Assembly (NCBI GenBank): GCA_964016885.1
Contig: OZ024742.1
Coordinates: 342,860,001-342,924,000, forward strand
From: Eledone cirrhosa
Lineage: Eukaryota
Reading direction: 5' to 3'
DNA: 64,000 bases
The first letter of the stretch is position 1. Each line of letters begins with the position of its first letter. Position numbers and translations under genes: made by a program. Positions 63,901 through 64,000 of this stretch are shown one piece after another. The notes beneath the pieces are model-generated. The model worked only from the letters and a program-made list of their open reading frames with translations. It searched no databases and had not been told where the DNA came from.

Positions 63901-64000
63901 ATCTACAGTGGTATGAAGTATGTGATCTACAGTGGTATGAAGTATGTGATCTACAGTGGTATGAAGTATGTCAGCTCCAGTGGTATGAAGTATATGATCT
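52907..64000 (+). repeat. Right-domain HOR units of 3,959 bp (165 monomers minus 1) and 3,408 bp (142 monomers)
   Basis: GATCTAAAGT stops end at 54643, 58602 and 62010. GATCGACAG (~55597, ~59556, ~62964) and GATCTGCAG show the same offsets. Confidence 0.88.

Larger units (their letters stand above)
1..64000 (+). repeat. 24-bp tandem satellite/minisatellite array, consensus GATCT(C/A)CAGTGGTATGAAGTATGT, ~2,667 monomers, open at both window ends
   Basis: Every line of the window consists of this monomer or a variant differing by a few bases. Register check: ATG at 14 and ATG at 63961 differ by 63947, which is 11 mod 24, exactly what 13 one-base deletions predict. Consensus composition is 7G/6A/8T/3C (38-42% GC) with no CpG. 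Confidence 0.99.

Noticed and set aside
1-64000. CRISPR-like constant repeat with variable spacer
   Set aside because: The variable part is only 8 bp and consists of point variants of one sequence rather than unique spacers. There is no leader and no cas gene.
1-64000. Telomerase-made long telomeric repeat (G/T-rich strand, length similar to the 23-25-bp budding-yeast repeats)
   Set aside because: I recognise no match to a known telomere unit. A length over 64 kb with multi-kb duplications of variant order points to recombinational amplification rather than templated addition. A subtelomeric location is not excluded.
1-64000. Pure assembly or sequencing artefact, or synthetic concatemer
   Set aside because: Duplicated blocks carry private substitutions and graded, nested divergence with very few indels, as expected of a naturally evolving array. 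The copy number of the youngest blocks (2,160 and 3,023 bp) still needs read validation.
1-64000. Inversions, embedded transposons, hairpins, G-quadruplexes or bacterial Dam/iteron arrays
   Set aside because: I saw no reverse-orientation monomer or foreign insert. Palindromes are limited to 4-6 bp, there is only one GG per monomer, and no replication or other genes support an iteron or Dam role.

Overview
The whole 64-kb window is one uninterrupted head-to-tail tandem array of a 24-bp monomer, consensus GATCT(C/A)CAGTGGTATGAAGTATGT. It holds about 2,667 copies, all in one orientation, and runs off both ends. I see no unique sequence, RNA gene, transposon, CRISPR array or recognisable protein domain. 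The ORF-track 'proteins' (MKYVISSG, YEVCDLQW and ILHTTGDH repeats) are what a stop-free 24-mer produces by construction. The real information lies in the order of variant monomers, which shows a nested, irregular higher-order repeat (HOR) architecture. The left domain (1 to ~24 kb) has no indels and is built from modules of 51, 71, 90 and 106 monomers. The middle domain has a 6,788-bp tandem duplication plus 1,007/671-bp and 672-bp subunits. The right domain has units of 3,023, 3,959 and 3,408 bp, and an older ~22.9-kb-offset duplication links ~24-27 kb to ~47-50 kb. There are 13 single-base deletions, traceable to just two original events. One minus-strand frame appears open for at least 8,700 codons but is probably non-coding. 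The best reading is a eukaryote-like satellite or giant minisatellite (an inference; organism and chromosomal location cannot be read from the window). I found no support for a novel gene-encoded system. Block boundaries were placed by eye from landmark variants and are accurate to about 1-3 monomers.
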